Source: the human T2T-CHM13v2.0 reference genome, Homo sapiens
Strand: one strand, 5' to 3'
Assembly: GCF_009914755.1 (NCBI RefSeq)
Contig: NC_060941.1
Length of the DNA: 64,000 nucleotides
Part shown: piece by piece, positions 1 through 17,126 of the stretch
Numbering within the stretch: position 1 is the first letter of the stretch
Layout: every line of letters begins with the position of its first letter
Position numbers and translations under genes: made by a program
The notes under the pieces: generated by a model
Databases searched by the model: none
Seen by the model: only the letters and a program-made list of their open reading frames with translations
Told to the model about the DNA's origin: nothing

Positions 1-2
1 AC

Positions 3-110
<108 letters not shown>

Positions 111-166
111 TCAAACAAACAAAAAAAAACCAACATACAAACAAAAAAGAGTGTGCATGTGAATTA

Positions 167-759
167 CAGTAAGGCCTCACTCAACATTGTTGATGGGTTC
201 TTGGAAACTTTGACTGTAAGCAAAGCAACGTATAATGAAACCAATTTTACCATAAAGTAATTGATATAAGCAAGAGTTAAGTTCCTAGGGCATATTTCCA
301 GTTGCTTCTAAATAAAGTCAAACTACTAAATAAAGACCAAAACACTTCTAATATTAAACAGACATAAATGTGAGTTATGTAATACATACATTTAAAAAAG
401 ACTCATAAAAACAAGTTAGAATAATTATTTACACAATTATTCCAGTTCAGGGTCTCTGGTGGCTGGAACCTATCCCAGCGGCTCAGGGAACAAGGCGGGA
501 ACTGACTCAGAGCCCATTCTATCACAGGGCGCACTCACACATATTCACGCTCACTCATCCTGGGACAACTTAGACACTCTAGTGAACCTAAAGTGCACAT
601 CTTTGATATGTGGGAGGAAACCAGAGTACCCGGAGACGTGAAGAGAACATGCAAACTCCACATCAGTGGTGCCCCCAGCTGGGAATCCATTTATTTTTTT
701 CTCATCAACACTACAACAAAACAACGGTGACCACAACGATGTCATTGGAGGACCTACTG
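167..759. mobile_element. MER82-like TcMar-Tigger DNA transposon (apparently full length)
   Basis: Imperfect terminal inverted repeats cagtaaggcctc (167) and gaggacctactg (ends 759), flanked by TA at 165-166 and 760-761. Internal sequence resembles the MER82 consensus as I recall it. Confidence 0.75.
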
Positions 760-1902
760 TACCTGGGAATCGGATTCTGATTCTGCAGGTCTGAGGACTC
801 CGACATTCCACATTTCCCACGAGCTCCCAGGCACTGCCAGTGCTGCCGGTCCCTTCCCACACCTTGAAGAGTATTAAGAATATGAAAGATAACACCTGAA
901 GCTTCAAGGCCAGGAAATCCTCTTTTGTGACTACAATCCTATTTTTGTACTTTCAGGTAAGATCTGGGAGGGATCTTTCTAGTTAACTTTCTCAAGCAAT
1001 CAGTGCATCTGATTTTTAGAACAACCCTATGAGAAATGATCAGTCCCACCTTACAGATGAGGAAACAGGTTTAGAGTTAAGGCCCAGCAAGGATACGCAC
1101 GGTCTACCTCATCTGGGACCTGAGGAGGGTGAGCAACTGCCCCAGTTTACATAGAACTTAGGAATTTCCAGGATGCCAGACTCTCAGAACTAAAGCCGGG
1201 ACCATCCTGGGAAACCCGGGATAGTTGATCCCCTAGACCAGAGCCGAATTCCAAGTCAGCTTATGCTTCCCACTCCCACTGTGTGCTAGGCCCTGAATGG
1301 ACATTACCGCACAACACCTTTGCAATAACACTTCAGACAATAGCATCCCCATTAGACAATGAAGAAATGGGCTCCTCAGTAGAGGGGCTAAGAAACTCGC
1401 CCAAGACAAAAAGACAAACATTCTAATTAAAAAATTGGCAAGGGGGAAGAAACGGACAAATGACTTGAATAGATATTCCTCCAAAGAAGATATAAAAATA
1501 GCCCAAAAAGACATGAAAAGATGCTCAATAAGGCCGGGTGCAGTGGCTCATGCCTGTAATCCCAGCACTTTGGGATGCCGAGGCGGGCGGATCACGAGGT
1601 CAAGAGATTGAGACCATCCTGGCTAACACAGTGAAACCCCATCTCTACTAAAAATACAAAAAATTAGCCGGGCATGATGGTGGCGGGCGCCTGTAGTCCC
1701 AGCTACTCGGGAGGCTGAGGCAGGAGAATGGCGTGAACCGAGGAGGTGGAGATCGCACCACTGCACTCCAGCCTGGGTGACAGGGTGAGACTCCATCTCA
1801 CAAAAAAAAAAAAAAAAAAAAAAAGATGCTCAATATCAGTATTCATTAGGGAAATGCAAATCAAAACTACAATGAAGTACCACTTCATACCCACTAGGAC
1901 AG

Positions 1903-1950
<48 letters not shown>

Positions 1951-2085
1951 ATGTGTATATATATATATATATGTATATATATATGTGTATATATATGTAT
2001 ATATATGTGTGTATATATATGTATATATATGTATATATATATGTGTGTATATATATGTATATATATGTGTGTGTGTATATATATA
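1903..2085. repeat. Compound microsatellite (CT)n followed by (TA/TG)n
   Basis: Directly visible; abuts the tail of a minus-strand Alu (~2086-2378). Confidence 0.95.
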
Positions 2086-2094
2086 TTTTTTTGA

Positions 2095-2199
<105 letters not shown>

Positions 2200-2210
2200 T
2201 GAGTAACTAG

Positions 2211-2402
<192 letters not shown>

Positions 2403-2586
2403 TAACAAGTGTTGGCGAGGATGTAGAGAAATCGGAACCCTCATACATTGCTGGTGGGAATGTAAAATAGTTCAGTTGCTGTGGAAAACAGTCTGGCAGT
2501 TCCTCAAAAAGTTAAACACAGAGTTACCATATGACCCAGCAATTCCACTTCTAGGTATAGATCCCAAGGAATTCAAAACAGATACT

Positions 2587-3472
<886 letters not shown>

Positions 3473-3672
3473 AGAAAGAAAGAAAGAAAAGAAAGAAAGA
3501 GAGAGAGAGAGAGAGAAAGAAAGAAAGAGAGAGAGAGGGAGAAAGAAAAGAAAGAAAGAAAGAAAGAAGGAAAGAAAGAAAGAAAGAAAAGAAAGAAAGG
3601 AAAGAAAAGCAAGAAAGAAAGAAAGAGAGAAAGAAAAAGAAAGAAAGAGAAAGAAAGAAAGAAAGGGAAAGA
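3473..3672. repeat. (GAAA/GA)n polypurine tract (expanded Alu tail)
   Basis: About 200 nt almost entirely A/G. Confidence 0.95.
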
Positions 3673-4129
3673 AATTTAAGTACATTTACACATGTTCACA
3701 GCAGCACTATTCACAACAGCCAAAAGGTAGAAACAGCCTAAATGTCTATCAATAAATAAACGGATAAACGAATTATGGTACATTCATACGATTAAATATT
3801 ATACAGCCATAAAATGGATAAACCTTGAAAATATTATGCTAAGTGAAAGAAACCAGACATAAAACATCACATATTATATGATTCCATTTATATGATATAT
3901 CCAGAATGTGTAACTTCATAGAAATAAAACACAGATTGGTGGTTGCCAGGGGTTGGGGTGGAGGAGTGAACAGGGAGCAACTGCTTAATGGGTAAAGGGT
4001 TTTCTTTTGGGTAATGAAAATGTTTTGGGGCCAGGCACGGTGGCTCATGCCTGTAATCCCAGCATTTAGGGAGGCCAAGGCAGGAGGATCACTTGCGTCC
4101 AGGAGTTCAAGACCACCCTGGGCAACTTA

Positions 4130-4424
<295 letters not shown>

Positions 4425-6135
4425 TTACTTTATTTTATTTTTGAGACAGTCTTGCTCTGTCGCCCAGGCTGGAGTGCAGTGGCGTGATCCCAGCTCACTG
4501 CAACCTCCACTCTGGGTTCAACCAATTCTCCTGCCTCAGCCTCCCAAGCAGCTGGGATTACAAGCATGCCACCACGCCCGGCTAATTTTGTATTATTTTA
4601 GTAGAGACGGGGTTTCACCACGTTGGCCGGGTTGGTCTCGAATTCCTGACCTCAAATGATCCACCCAACTCGGCCTCCCAAAGTGCTGGGATTACAGGCA
4701 TGAGCCACCGCACCCAGCCTAAAATGGTTAATTTTATATTATGTGAATTTCATCTCAACAAAAAAGAAAAAAAGAAACTAACCAATCAACCAACACACCA
4801 CCCTGCCCAAGGAGAAAGGAAAATGGCCTGCAAGAGGAACCGGACCGGGAGAAAACCACCTGGGGCTGAGTAGCCGGGAGCAGTGTTGTGACCCGAAGCG
4901 GAGGGGAGACCACCAGGACCAAGAACCATCATGGGCCTCATATTCTGCTCTTAAATCAACTCTGTGAGATTGGTATTTACCACCCATTTGGGAAATGTGA
5001 AGCTAGCAAGGGCTTGGAGGGGCTCTAAATGTCAGGTTTGTTAACTGAGGGGTTAAGTATCCAGCCCAAGGCTATGCAGCTGGTCTGTGTCAGGACCAAG
5101 ATCGAGGGCCAGGACTGCCGGGCTCCTCCACAGCACTGGAGACGACATCTGCACTCCACCTCCTGCCTCCCTGGACATGCTTTCTTCTCACAGAATCTCT
5201 TCTCTCTTTTTCTTTTCTTTTTTTTTTAGGCGACAGAATCTCGCTCTGTCGCCCAGGCTGGAGTGCAGTGGCATGATCTTGGCTCACTGCAACCTCCACC
5301 TCCAGGTTCAAGCGATTCTCCTGCCTCAGCTTCCCGAGTAACTAAGATTATAGGCGTGCACCACCATGCCCAGCTAATTTATGTATTTTTAGTAGAGACG
5401 GGGTTTCACCATGTTAGCCAGGCTGGTCTTGAACTCCTGACCTCAAGTGATATGCCCTCCTTGGCCTCCCAAAGTGCTGGGATTACAGGCCTGAGCCACC
5501 ATGCCCAGACAACCTTTATCTTCTCTCTCTTCAAAACTTGGCTCCTAACTTTCCCCTCCCTCCACCCACCCCCCAACTCTGCTCCCAGAATCTTCCGGGA
5601 TTGGCCTCCTTACCTCGTTCCCTTGAGCACCCTGGTGGGGCCAGGTTCTTGGAGGAGCACTGCTTGCCCCCTGTGGTTTGTGCGAGGAGTCTGACTGGCT
5701 TCCTGTCTCCCAAGGCCCTGCGTTCTGAAAACCTTCTTTCGGGAGCTGCCTCCTTTGGAAGGTTGTAGAAACCAGGCAGGTCTTGCACTCTCCCTGCCAA
5801 CTGTCTTGGATGATGGGGTCCCTGCCCTGACACAGGGTCCCTCGCATTCCTGGGGCCTGCTATGGTGATGTACAAGCCAGGAGGTTTTGCTTGAGCCAGA
5901 GAAGAGAGAGGAATTCAGGGATGCTGGGCCATGGGGGAGATTGGGAGGTAAGGGGGGTGAAAGGGAGGGGCACCTCCTCAAATCTAAATGTTCTTATGCT
6001 TGATTTCCCCCAAACTCTGGCTCTAAACCTGAACCATGGAACCAAGTAAACATTGGAGTAGAATTTTGAAATCCTCAAAGGAAGAGAACCTTTGCCAAGA
6101 CCTCCCCTTTCCAGCCTCTTTGAGAATAAATTGTG

Positions 6136-6212
6136 GCACATCCCAGGGTCTCTGACTCAGCACATCCCAGGATCTCTGACTCAGCACATCCCAGGATCTC
6201 TTGACTCAGCAC
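6136..6212 (+). repeat. 24-bp tandem repeat x3, each unit junction carrying TGACTCAGCA (ARE/MARE-AP-1 motif)
   Basis: gcacatcccagg(g/a)tctctgactca x3; motifs at 6153-6162, 6177-6186 and 6202-6211. Confidence 0.85.
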
Positions 6213-7452
6213 TATGGCTTCCCCAGTTCTCCTGCTCCCGTCCCCGAAACGCCCAGTGTCCCCAGGGCCTCAGAATTGGTCTTGGTGGAAAATCTCCGGA
6301 AATCTTGAGTCTGGACAAGAGTCCTGTTTCCACTGTGATGTGGTGGTAGATTGGGTGTGGGAATGCATTTTAGGGAGGAGATGGTTCTGACCAGGGTCCT
6401 CGGAGCTGCCAGCTCACCCTGGGACTGGGAGGGCAGGCTAGACGCCTCGAGGCCTCCAAAGCAAGAGGTTCTGAATTGGAAGGAGCATTGTGGTGAGATG
6501 GCCTGGCGGGGGGTGCCTGGCAGAGGCACTGGGCAGAGAGGGCTGAATGGAGGCAGCTGGGCAGAGGGTCTGGATGGAGGAGCTGAGTCAAGGGGGCTGA
6601 GCCAGAGGGGAGGTCCGCAGCCAGGAGGGTTACTGAGGAACGATGGAGGAAGGTGATGGGGCACTGGGGTTTGTGTAGGGGGAGGCAAAAGGCATGGCAG
6701 CCCACCCGCCAGCCCTCAGTCCCTTGATATGGCCCCAGAGCAGAGGGTCCCAGAGCCTGGTTGCTGTTGGCCAAACCCAGCTGTGATACCAGATGAACAG
6801 AGGAAGTGTTCCTGTTGAAACCCAAGAAAACTCTGTGAGACAGACCAAATCAAACTTGCTGAAACAGCCCCTTCCCGCCACTCTCCTCTTATCTTGCCCA
6901 CCCTCTGCCGCCAACCCATCATCTAGATGAGACTTCCTTAGGCCACAGTGATGCTGAGCTGTCAGAGGCATGGGAGAAACAGGTGACTCTGGACACCTGT
7001 GCCGGACTCCCAGCCAGGGCCACCCATTCTCCAGGTTGGGGGTGGGCAGATAGTGGGAAAGGGCGTTTGCGGTCTGGCTGCTGGGGGTATCACCAGCATT
7101 CTCAGGTGAACACCACCCAGAACAAGGCCTAACAGGACGAGGGCAGGGTAGAGTTTGGGTATGGAGCCACCTGAGTCTCGGGCGTGTGCAGACACCCTGG
7201 TGTGTGTAAGCACTGACATTCTCTCATGTGTGTGGGAATCCAAGTTAGCAGAGTTGGGGTCCTTAGAGGCTCCTGTGTCCAGTGACTCACACCAGGGACA
7301 ATCACACCAGGCAGAACTCTTCCCTTCTACAACCCTGTTTTTGGAGACTAGGATGTCGAAAACCCTACTTCCTTTGTTCATTCAAAGGAGTGCTTGTCAT
7401 GGACCAGGCACAGTCCCGGCTCTCCTGTGCTTACATTCCAGGGGGAAGATAG

Positions 7453-7608
<156 letters not shown>

Positions 7609-7927
7609 TAAGACTACAGGCGTGCACCACCATACCTAGCTAACTTTTTAAAAATGGATTTTTTGTGGAGATGGGGGTGTCACTGTGTTGCCCAGGCTGG
7701 TCTTAAACTCCTGGCCTCAAGCAATCCTCCCACCTCAGCATCCCGAAGTGCTGGGATTACAGGCGTGAGCCACTGTGACTGGCTGATACACATAATTTGA
7801 TGCAGGAGGTGATAAGTAATACGGAGAAAAATAGGCCAGGTGCAGTGGCTCACGCCTGTAATCCCAGCACTTTGGGAGGTCAAGGTGGGTGGATCACGAG
7901 GTCAGGAGATCAAGACCATCCTGGCTA

Positions 7928-8231
<304 letters not shown>

Positions 8232-10109
8232 CTAGCACTTTGGGAGGCCGAAGCGGGTGGATTGCCTGAGCTCAGGAGTTCAAGACCAGCCTGGGCAACA
8301 CAGTGAAAGCCCGTCTCTACTGAAATACAAAAAATTAGCCGGGCTTGGTAGCATGTGCCTGTAGTCCCAGCTATTCAGGAGGCTGAAGCACGAGAATTGC
8401 TAGAACCCGGGAGGCAGAGGTTGCAGTGAGCTAAGATCATGCCATCACACTCCAGCCTAGGCCACAGAGCAAGACTTTGTCTCTAAAAAAAAAAAAAGAA
8501 AAAGAAAAAACAAAGAAAAGAAAAGAAAGAAAGAAAACAACCACATCTAGAACCTTCTCTGTACCAGGCTAAATACCCCAAACGCCTTCTACCATTCCTC
8601 CAGGGACAAGAGTGCAAGCCTCTTCACCACCCCAGCTGCCCTCCCCTGGACTCTGCTTGTGTCTGGGAAACCACTTGAAAGGGGAGCACAAGCCCCTCAA
8701 TGGTAGTCAGGCCCAAGAAATAGCCCGCAGGACCCCCAGAGCCCCAGCCCCAGTCCCCAGGTTTCCATCATGCAGCTGGCTTTCCCACCTCCAGCCTTGG
8801 CAGCCACTTTATGCGCCTGACTCATCCTAGCCCACAAGAAGTGGGGATCCCCAAATCTTTTCCTCGTGAGCTGCTGCTAAACCACATCTCTCCCAACTCA
8901 TTCTAAACTTAAATGCCAGGATTTATATTTATCCCAGTAGTTTCATCTGTTCCGAGGCAGATGTCATTCCAGCCTGCCCATGAGGCCTTCGGGTTCCTGA
9001 CCTGACATCTGCACTCTCCAGATAAGTTATCCCTTAAAGCCTGGTCCTCCTGTCTTTAGGCAGAGCCGGGGACAAGCCCTATGGCTGTCAGAGGGACCTC
9101 CTTCCAGGTGGCCTTGCTCCTGTGTGGACCCTCGATGTGTAGCTGCAGAGGGGATCACAAAGCCCCTGAGATGGTGGAAGCCTCATGTTCTGACAATCGA
9201 GCGGGTCACCAATTATAAAATTGGTTTGAAATCTTATAGATCGGAAGTTCCTGGCCAGGCATGGTGGCTCCCGCCTGTAATCCCAGCACTTTGGGAGGCT
9301 GAGGCGGGTAGATCACCTGAGGTCAGGATTCTGAGACCAGCCTGGCCAACATGGTGAAACCCCATCTCTACTAAAAATACAAAAATTAGCTGGGCGTGGT
9401 GGCGCATGCCTGTAATCCCAGCTACTTGGGAGGCTGAGGCAGGAGAAACACTTGAACCTCGGAGCCAGAGGCTTCAGTAAACCGAGAGATTACACCACTC
9501 ATTCCAGCCTGGGCAACTGAGCAACACTCCGTCTAAAAAAAAAAAAAAAAAAAAGTTCCCACACCTACATGACCATCAGAATCACATTTTTAAATCTCTG
9601 CAACTTCGCCAGGAACACATGGGGAACTTGAAACAACAACAACAACAACAAATTCCCAAAATCCATTGCCCCAGTGTTTCTGAACCAGTCCATCCAGGGT
9701 GGAGCCTGAGAATTTGTGGTGTTTTTTAAGCTCTGGCGTTATTGAATCCATACTGGCTCTTAATGAACCCCACTGTCCTTTCTGAACACCCACGAACAAT
9801 TGCTTCCAGAAATCTAAGTCTCCATGGCTCTTTTCTGAAAGGTCCTCTTTGTGCAGACTGGGACATAATCCTTCTGACCTGTGTGTCTGGTCCTGAGCAG
9901 GTTATCAGTTATTCAACCAATGGCCCAATAAAGCTGTGGGGTCAGGGATGAACTGCCAGGTGTCTCCTTAATCAGGGGCCTCTCCTACTCTGTCCTTCCA
10001 CTCCACCATCTCACCATGGCAGTCCTGCTCCTTGCTCTGCAGGATCAAGAAGACAGGGCAGATTGGGAAGGGAGTGATGCCATGTCCCCTGAAGTTCCAC
10101 CTCAAACTA

Positions 10110-10275
10110 GGAGCCCAAACTAGGGTGAGGTAAGGAGGCACCTACCTGGGGTACAACATCTAAGATGGCACCAAAACTCAGGAATCAAGATAGAGAATAC
10201 TTCAATGCAATATTTTAAAAAATCAAAATGAATACAAAAAAATAATATTTTGATGAACAGAATATCAAAAGTTTA
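10110..10275. mobile_element. MER96B-like hAT DNA transposon fragment
   Basis: actagggtgagg...aaaactcaggaatcaagata...aatgcaatattttaaaaaatcaaaat resembles the recalled MER96B consensus. Confidence 0.45.
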
Positions 10276-10439
10276 TTATGTTTTTTATAGAGGCAAGTTC
10301 TCGTTATGTTGCCCAGGCTGGTCTCCAACTCCTGGCCTCAAGGGATCCTCCCACCTCGAGCCTCCCAAAGTGCTGGGATTACAGGCGTGAGCCACCGTGC
10401 CCGGCCCAAAGTTTTAAAGAAATACAGGTTTAGTCATGG

Positions 10440-11560
<1,121 letters not shown>

Positions 11561-13511
11561 GCTAAACAAACAAAAGGATGAAGCAGGAAAGAGAAGACAC
11601 AGGGTCAAGGGAACAGGGGATCCAACACAGGAGGGAGACAAAGGGGTTCCCAGGACGAACAGAAAGGGAGGCCCCAGGATGGCACCCGTGGTACCAGCAG
11701 GCGAGTGGCTGGGCGGGATTGGAGTGCAGGACAGGAGAGAAGTTTCTCGGGGGGATAAAGGAACTGACAGGTTTGACCACCCTGAATTATCTTATTTTCT
11801 TTCTTTTATATTTTTTCGGAGACAGAGTCTTCTTCTTTTTCCCAGGCTGGTGAGGTCACAGCTCAGCACAGCCTTGACCGCCCAGGCTCAAGCAATCCTC
11901 CAGCCTTAGCCTCCCAAGTAGCTGGGACTACAGGGGCAAACCACCACATCCAGATAATTTTTGTTTTAATTTTTTAGAGACGTGGGTCTCACTATGTTGC
12001 TTAGGCTATTCTGGAACTCCTGAGCTCAAGCGATCCACCCGTCTGGGCCTCCCAAAGTGCTAGGATTACAGGTGTGGGCCACCATGCCCAGCCCACACTG
12101 GAATTACATTTGAGGCTAGGGGACGTGTAGGAAAATGTAGCTACGGTAGGCACAGAAAACTAAGTAAGCAAGGGCAGGAGAGGGGGCCAGGATCCAGGAA
12201 GAGCCAAAATCATACAAGAAAAGAAACAATGTTATGACCCTGCCTGGATTAGAAGTGAACACTATGTACATGATCGTCACAATCCACAACCGAGCACACG
12301 GATTGAACAGGAAGATTGGGCGGCAGGGTGAAAGGTTGCTCAGCGGGAGTATACAAAAGCCAAATCTCCCTGAGCCGCAGCAGGCCATGAATAGGTACGG
12401 CCTAAAACCAGTGCACAGAGAGGTAGCAGTACAGTATAAGCAAATCCCTTGGAAATATGGAAGTAAACTCCAGAGGAAACAGCCCAGACAGAGCCTTCTG
12501 AGAAAGGGAAGGGGGCAGGCCCCAGGGGAGAGGAGGGGCAGGACTGCTGTTTTGTTTTATGATTTTAGCACTATTTAACCTTTTTTTTTTTTAACTGTCA
12601 GCACATACTAATTTAAGAAAATAGTTATTAAAATATAAAATAAATCTATACTGAGAAGAAGGTCCTCTTGTTGCTTCTTGCGTCCTAAGAATCCACCCTC
12701 ATCACTCCCAGCCGCAGGCACCTACACACACAGCCACAGGCACACTCACACTTACACATGCTCATCACAGACACCCACAAACAGCCCACAGTGACAGACA
12801 GGTACACATACATAATATACAAAATCATCTGACACAGGTGCGAACCCAGCGTCCATGACACACACACCCATTCCCAGAAACGCACAATTATATTAATAGA
12901 TTCACCCCCAGACACACCGAGGCTTCCAAGAGCCTCCCGGAAACCCTGAGAGAAGAGCACTCCCTCCAGGCCTCTCCTCCCTGTGCCAGCACCCCAGAAC
13001 TGCCCCAGGCCAAGGAGGTTGTCTCCAGGAGCTGCACCCTAATTGCTTTCTCTACTCAGCCCCCTGCTGAGTGCCCAGCCCTTAGGCTAAGCAGCCATTA
13101 ATCCTCTTGCGCCCCAGTCTGTAGATGGGGCAGAAATGGGGTGGGGAAGGGCCCCATCTGGCAGCTGAGATGTGACTCATAAGGCCACTGTCAGCTTTTT
13201 CTTCCCTAAGTCATGGGAGAGTCCAGTTTCAGGAATGCTGTGGTCAGGCTGTGCATCCTGATACAATCCATTTGATGTCTCTGGGTCCAGGAGGGAGTAG
13301 GCAGCCTATGAAACGCTGAGATGCTGTGATTTTATGACCCAGTCTGGGCCCTGCTTCCATCCCCTCCCCGGGGATTCTTCTCTCCACCCTGTCCTCCGGG
13401 GCCAACCCCAAATGATATGTGATTTGCATGTAGGACAAGCACACCTGGGGCAGCTGGTGAGACCTCCCCCACCCCCACTTCGCTCCCCCTCCATGTTCCT
13501 CCAGCACTCAC

Positions 13512-13690
13512 CACCACCCTGGTCCTGTTATCTGGCAGCGTGTCCATGGCCAGGGTGCCCCCACCCAGGTCCTGGCTCAGCTGGGTCCTGTCCGGCTCTG
13601 ACACATGCCCAGGGCTCTCTCGGGCTCTCCGGTTCCAGCCCCGCACGGTCCCTTTGGCAGCCCATCCAGAGCCTGGGCCCTCATCGTGAC
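13512..13690 (-). CDS. PLXDC1: PLXDC1 (TEM7) exon 2, 179 nt: (G)[59 protein letters not shown]
   Basis: Acceptor ctcccag|GTCAC and donor GTGGTG|gtgagt. Exon 1 (76 nt) + 179 nt = 85 codons. Matches the known PLXDC1 N-terminus. Confidence 0.97.
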
Positions 13691-14116
13691 CTGGGAGAAG
13701 GGGACAGAAACCTGAGTGCCAGCAGTCCGGAATGAAGATCAGGAGGGGAATCCAGCCCAGTTATTCTGCAAGGGCCCCAACACCATGCCACTGTAGAATT
13801 TGCAGACACTTGACTGACTACCAGGACAGGAGACACCCAATGTGTACTGAGAGTCACGTGCCCAGCTCCAGGCCAAGCACTTCGCACATATCCTTTTAAT
13901 CCTCATGCCAGCTCTCCGCAGTAGTTAGGATGTTCTCCATTTTGCAAACAAGAATCAGAGGCTCAGAGGTTAAAAGTCACGCAGTGGGTTAGGCATGCAG
14001 GTAAGTTTCAAACCCAAGCTGATCTGCCTCCAAAGGGTGATTATTCTCAACCTCAGCTATACACTGGAGTCACCTGGACAGCTTCAAAAGTTCCTGATGT
14101 CTGGGTCCCACCCTAG

Positions 14117-14462
<346 letters not shown>

Positions 14463-14643
14463 TCGATTTCTTAAAAGAGCCTCAGGGGAGATTTTGAGGA
14501 GTCTTGGACTTAACTCTGCAGGCAAGGGTGAGAACCATTGCCGTTGAGCCTTCCAAACCAGTTTCTTATTTCTCTGGCAGAAATGGCACATAATCCTATT
14601 TCCCAGTGGGGTCAGGGGACTAGAAGCCAGAGTTCTTTTCGTT

Positions 14644-16065
14644 CAGGGCTTCTCAACCTCGGTACTATTGACATTTGGACTGGATAATTCCTTTTCCAAT
14701 TTTTTTATTGTGGCAAAATACACATAACAAAATTTGCCATCTAACCATTTCCAAGTGTACAATTCAGTAACATTAAATACATTCCTAATGTTGTATGACC
14801 ATCACCACCATCTATCTGCATAACTCTTTTCACCTTGTAAAACTAAAATTCTGTACCCGTTAAATAATAACTCCCTATTCACCCCTGTTATTTTATTTTA
14901 TTTAAGAGATGGGGCCTTGCTCTGTCACCCAGGCTGGGGAGTAGTGGTGCGATCATAGCTCACTGCAGCCTCCAACTGCTGGGCTCATGCGATCCTCCCA
15001 CCTCAGCTTCCTAAGTAGCTGGGACTATAGGCATGCGCCACCATGCCCAGCTAATCTTTTTACTTTTTATAGAGACAGGGTCTCACTATTTTGTTCAGGG
15101 TGGTTGGTCTTGAATTCCTGGTCTCAAGCAATTTTCCTGCCTTGGCTCCCAAGGTGCTGGGATTACAGATATGAGCCACAGCGCGCAGCCTGTATCTATG
15201 ATTTTGACTACTCTAAGTATCTCATATAAATGGCATCATACTATATTTGTCTTTTTGTGATTGGCTTATTTCACTTAGCATAATAAATTCAAGGTTCATT
15301 CATGTCGTAGCATATGGCAGAATTGACTTCCTTTTGAAGGCTGAATAATATTCCATTGTGTGGATATACCACATTTTGCTAACCCACTCAACTATCAATG
15401 GATGTCTGTTTTGCTTCCACGTTTTAGCTATTGTGAACAATGCTGCTACAAACATGGGTGTACAAATATCTCTTTGAGACCTGGCCTTCAATTCTTTTGG
15501 GTATATACCCAGAAGCGGAATTGCTGGATTGTATGGTAATTCTATTTCTAATTTTTTGAGGAATTGTCATACTGTTTTCCATATAAAATGTTTTCCATGT
15601 AAAATGACTGGACCATTTTACATTCCCACCAACCGTGCACATGGGTTCCAATCTCTCCACATTCTTGCCAATACTTGTTATTTTCTGTTTTTTTTATAGT
15701 AGCCATCCTAACAGGTATGAGGTTATATCTCATCGTTTTTATAAATTGGCATTTCCCTGATGATTAGTGATGCCGAACATCTTTTCATATGCTTGTGGGC
15801 CATTTGTATATCTTCTTTGGAGAAATGTCTATTTAAGTCTTTTTCCTGTTTTTAAATTGGATTGTTGGTTGGACTGGATAATTCATTGTTATGCGGGAAC
15901 TGTCCAGTGCTCTGTAAGATGTTTAGCAGCCGCAGCCTTGGCCCCTGCTCACTAAATGCCAGTAGCACCACGCTCCTCCCCATCCCAAGCTGTGACAATG
16001 AAAAACGTCTCCAAACATTGCCAAATATCCCCTGGGGAATAAAATTAACCCCCCCTTGCCCCATT
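14644..16065. mobile_element. MER20 (hAT-Charlie) split by a minus-strand L1M 3' fragment (14691-15868) that itself contains an AluJ
   Basis: MER20-like start cagggcttctcaacctcggtactattgacatttgg and continuation after 15884. Perfect 16-bp duplication ttggactggataattc at 14675-14690 and 15869-15884. Confidence 0.75.
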
Positions 16066-16601
16066 GAGGGAGGGGTAATTTTTTACTGTTTTACTCCTAT
16101 CACTACCTAGATACTGTCTAGGATGGCAAATAGGTTTCATATCACATGCCATCTGCAATCCATTCGTGACAGCCAGAGGCACTCCAACTGAGAATGCAAA
16201 GGCTCCTCTTGTATTTAGCAGGAAGGACTGTGAAGATCAATAAGCAATGTCTGCCATGGGCACAGGATTGGAAAGTGACTACACACAGGCCATTTCGCGG
16301 CCATGCGAACCTCCATTTCTGGAGGTTGCGAAATGGCTTTAGGTTCCATGATCTCCTCTCCAGTTCCCTCTAGGTTGTTAAATGCATGCTTTTTTTGAGA
16401 CAGGGTCTCACTCTAGCATGCAGGCTGGAGTGCAGTGGCACAATCACAGCTCACTGTACGCTTGACCTCTCAGGCTCAAGCAATCCTCCCACCTCAGCCT
16501 TCTGAGTAGCTGGTACTACAGTTGCATGCCACCACACCCGGCTAGTTATTATTATTTTATTTTGTATTTTTCGTAGAGGCTGGGTTTCACCATGTTGCCT
16601 A

Positions 16602-17126
<525 letters not shown>

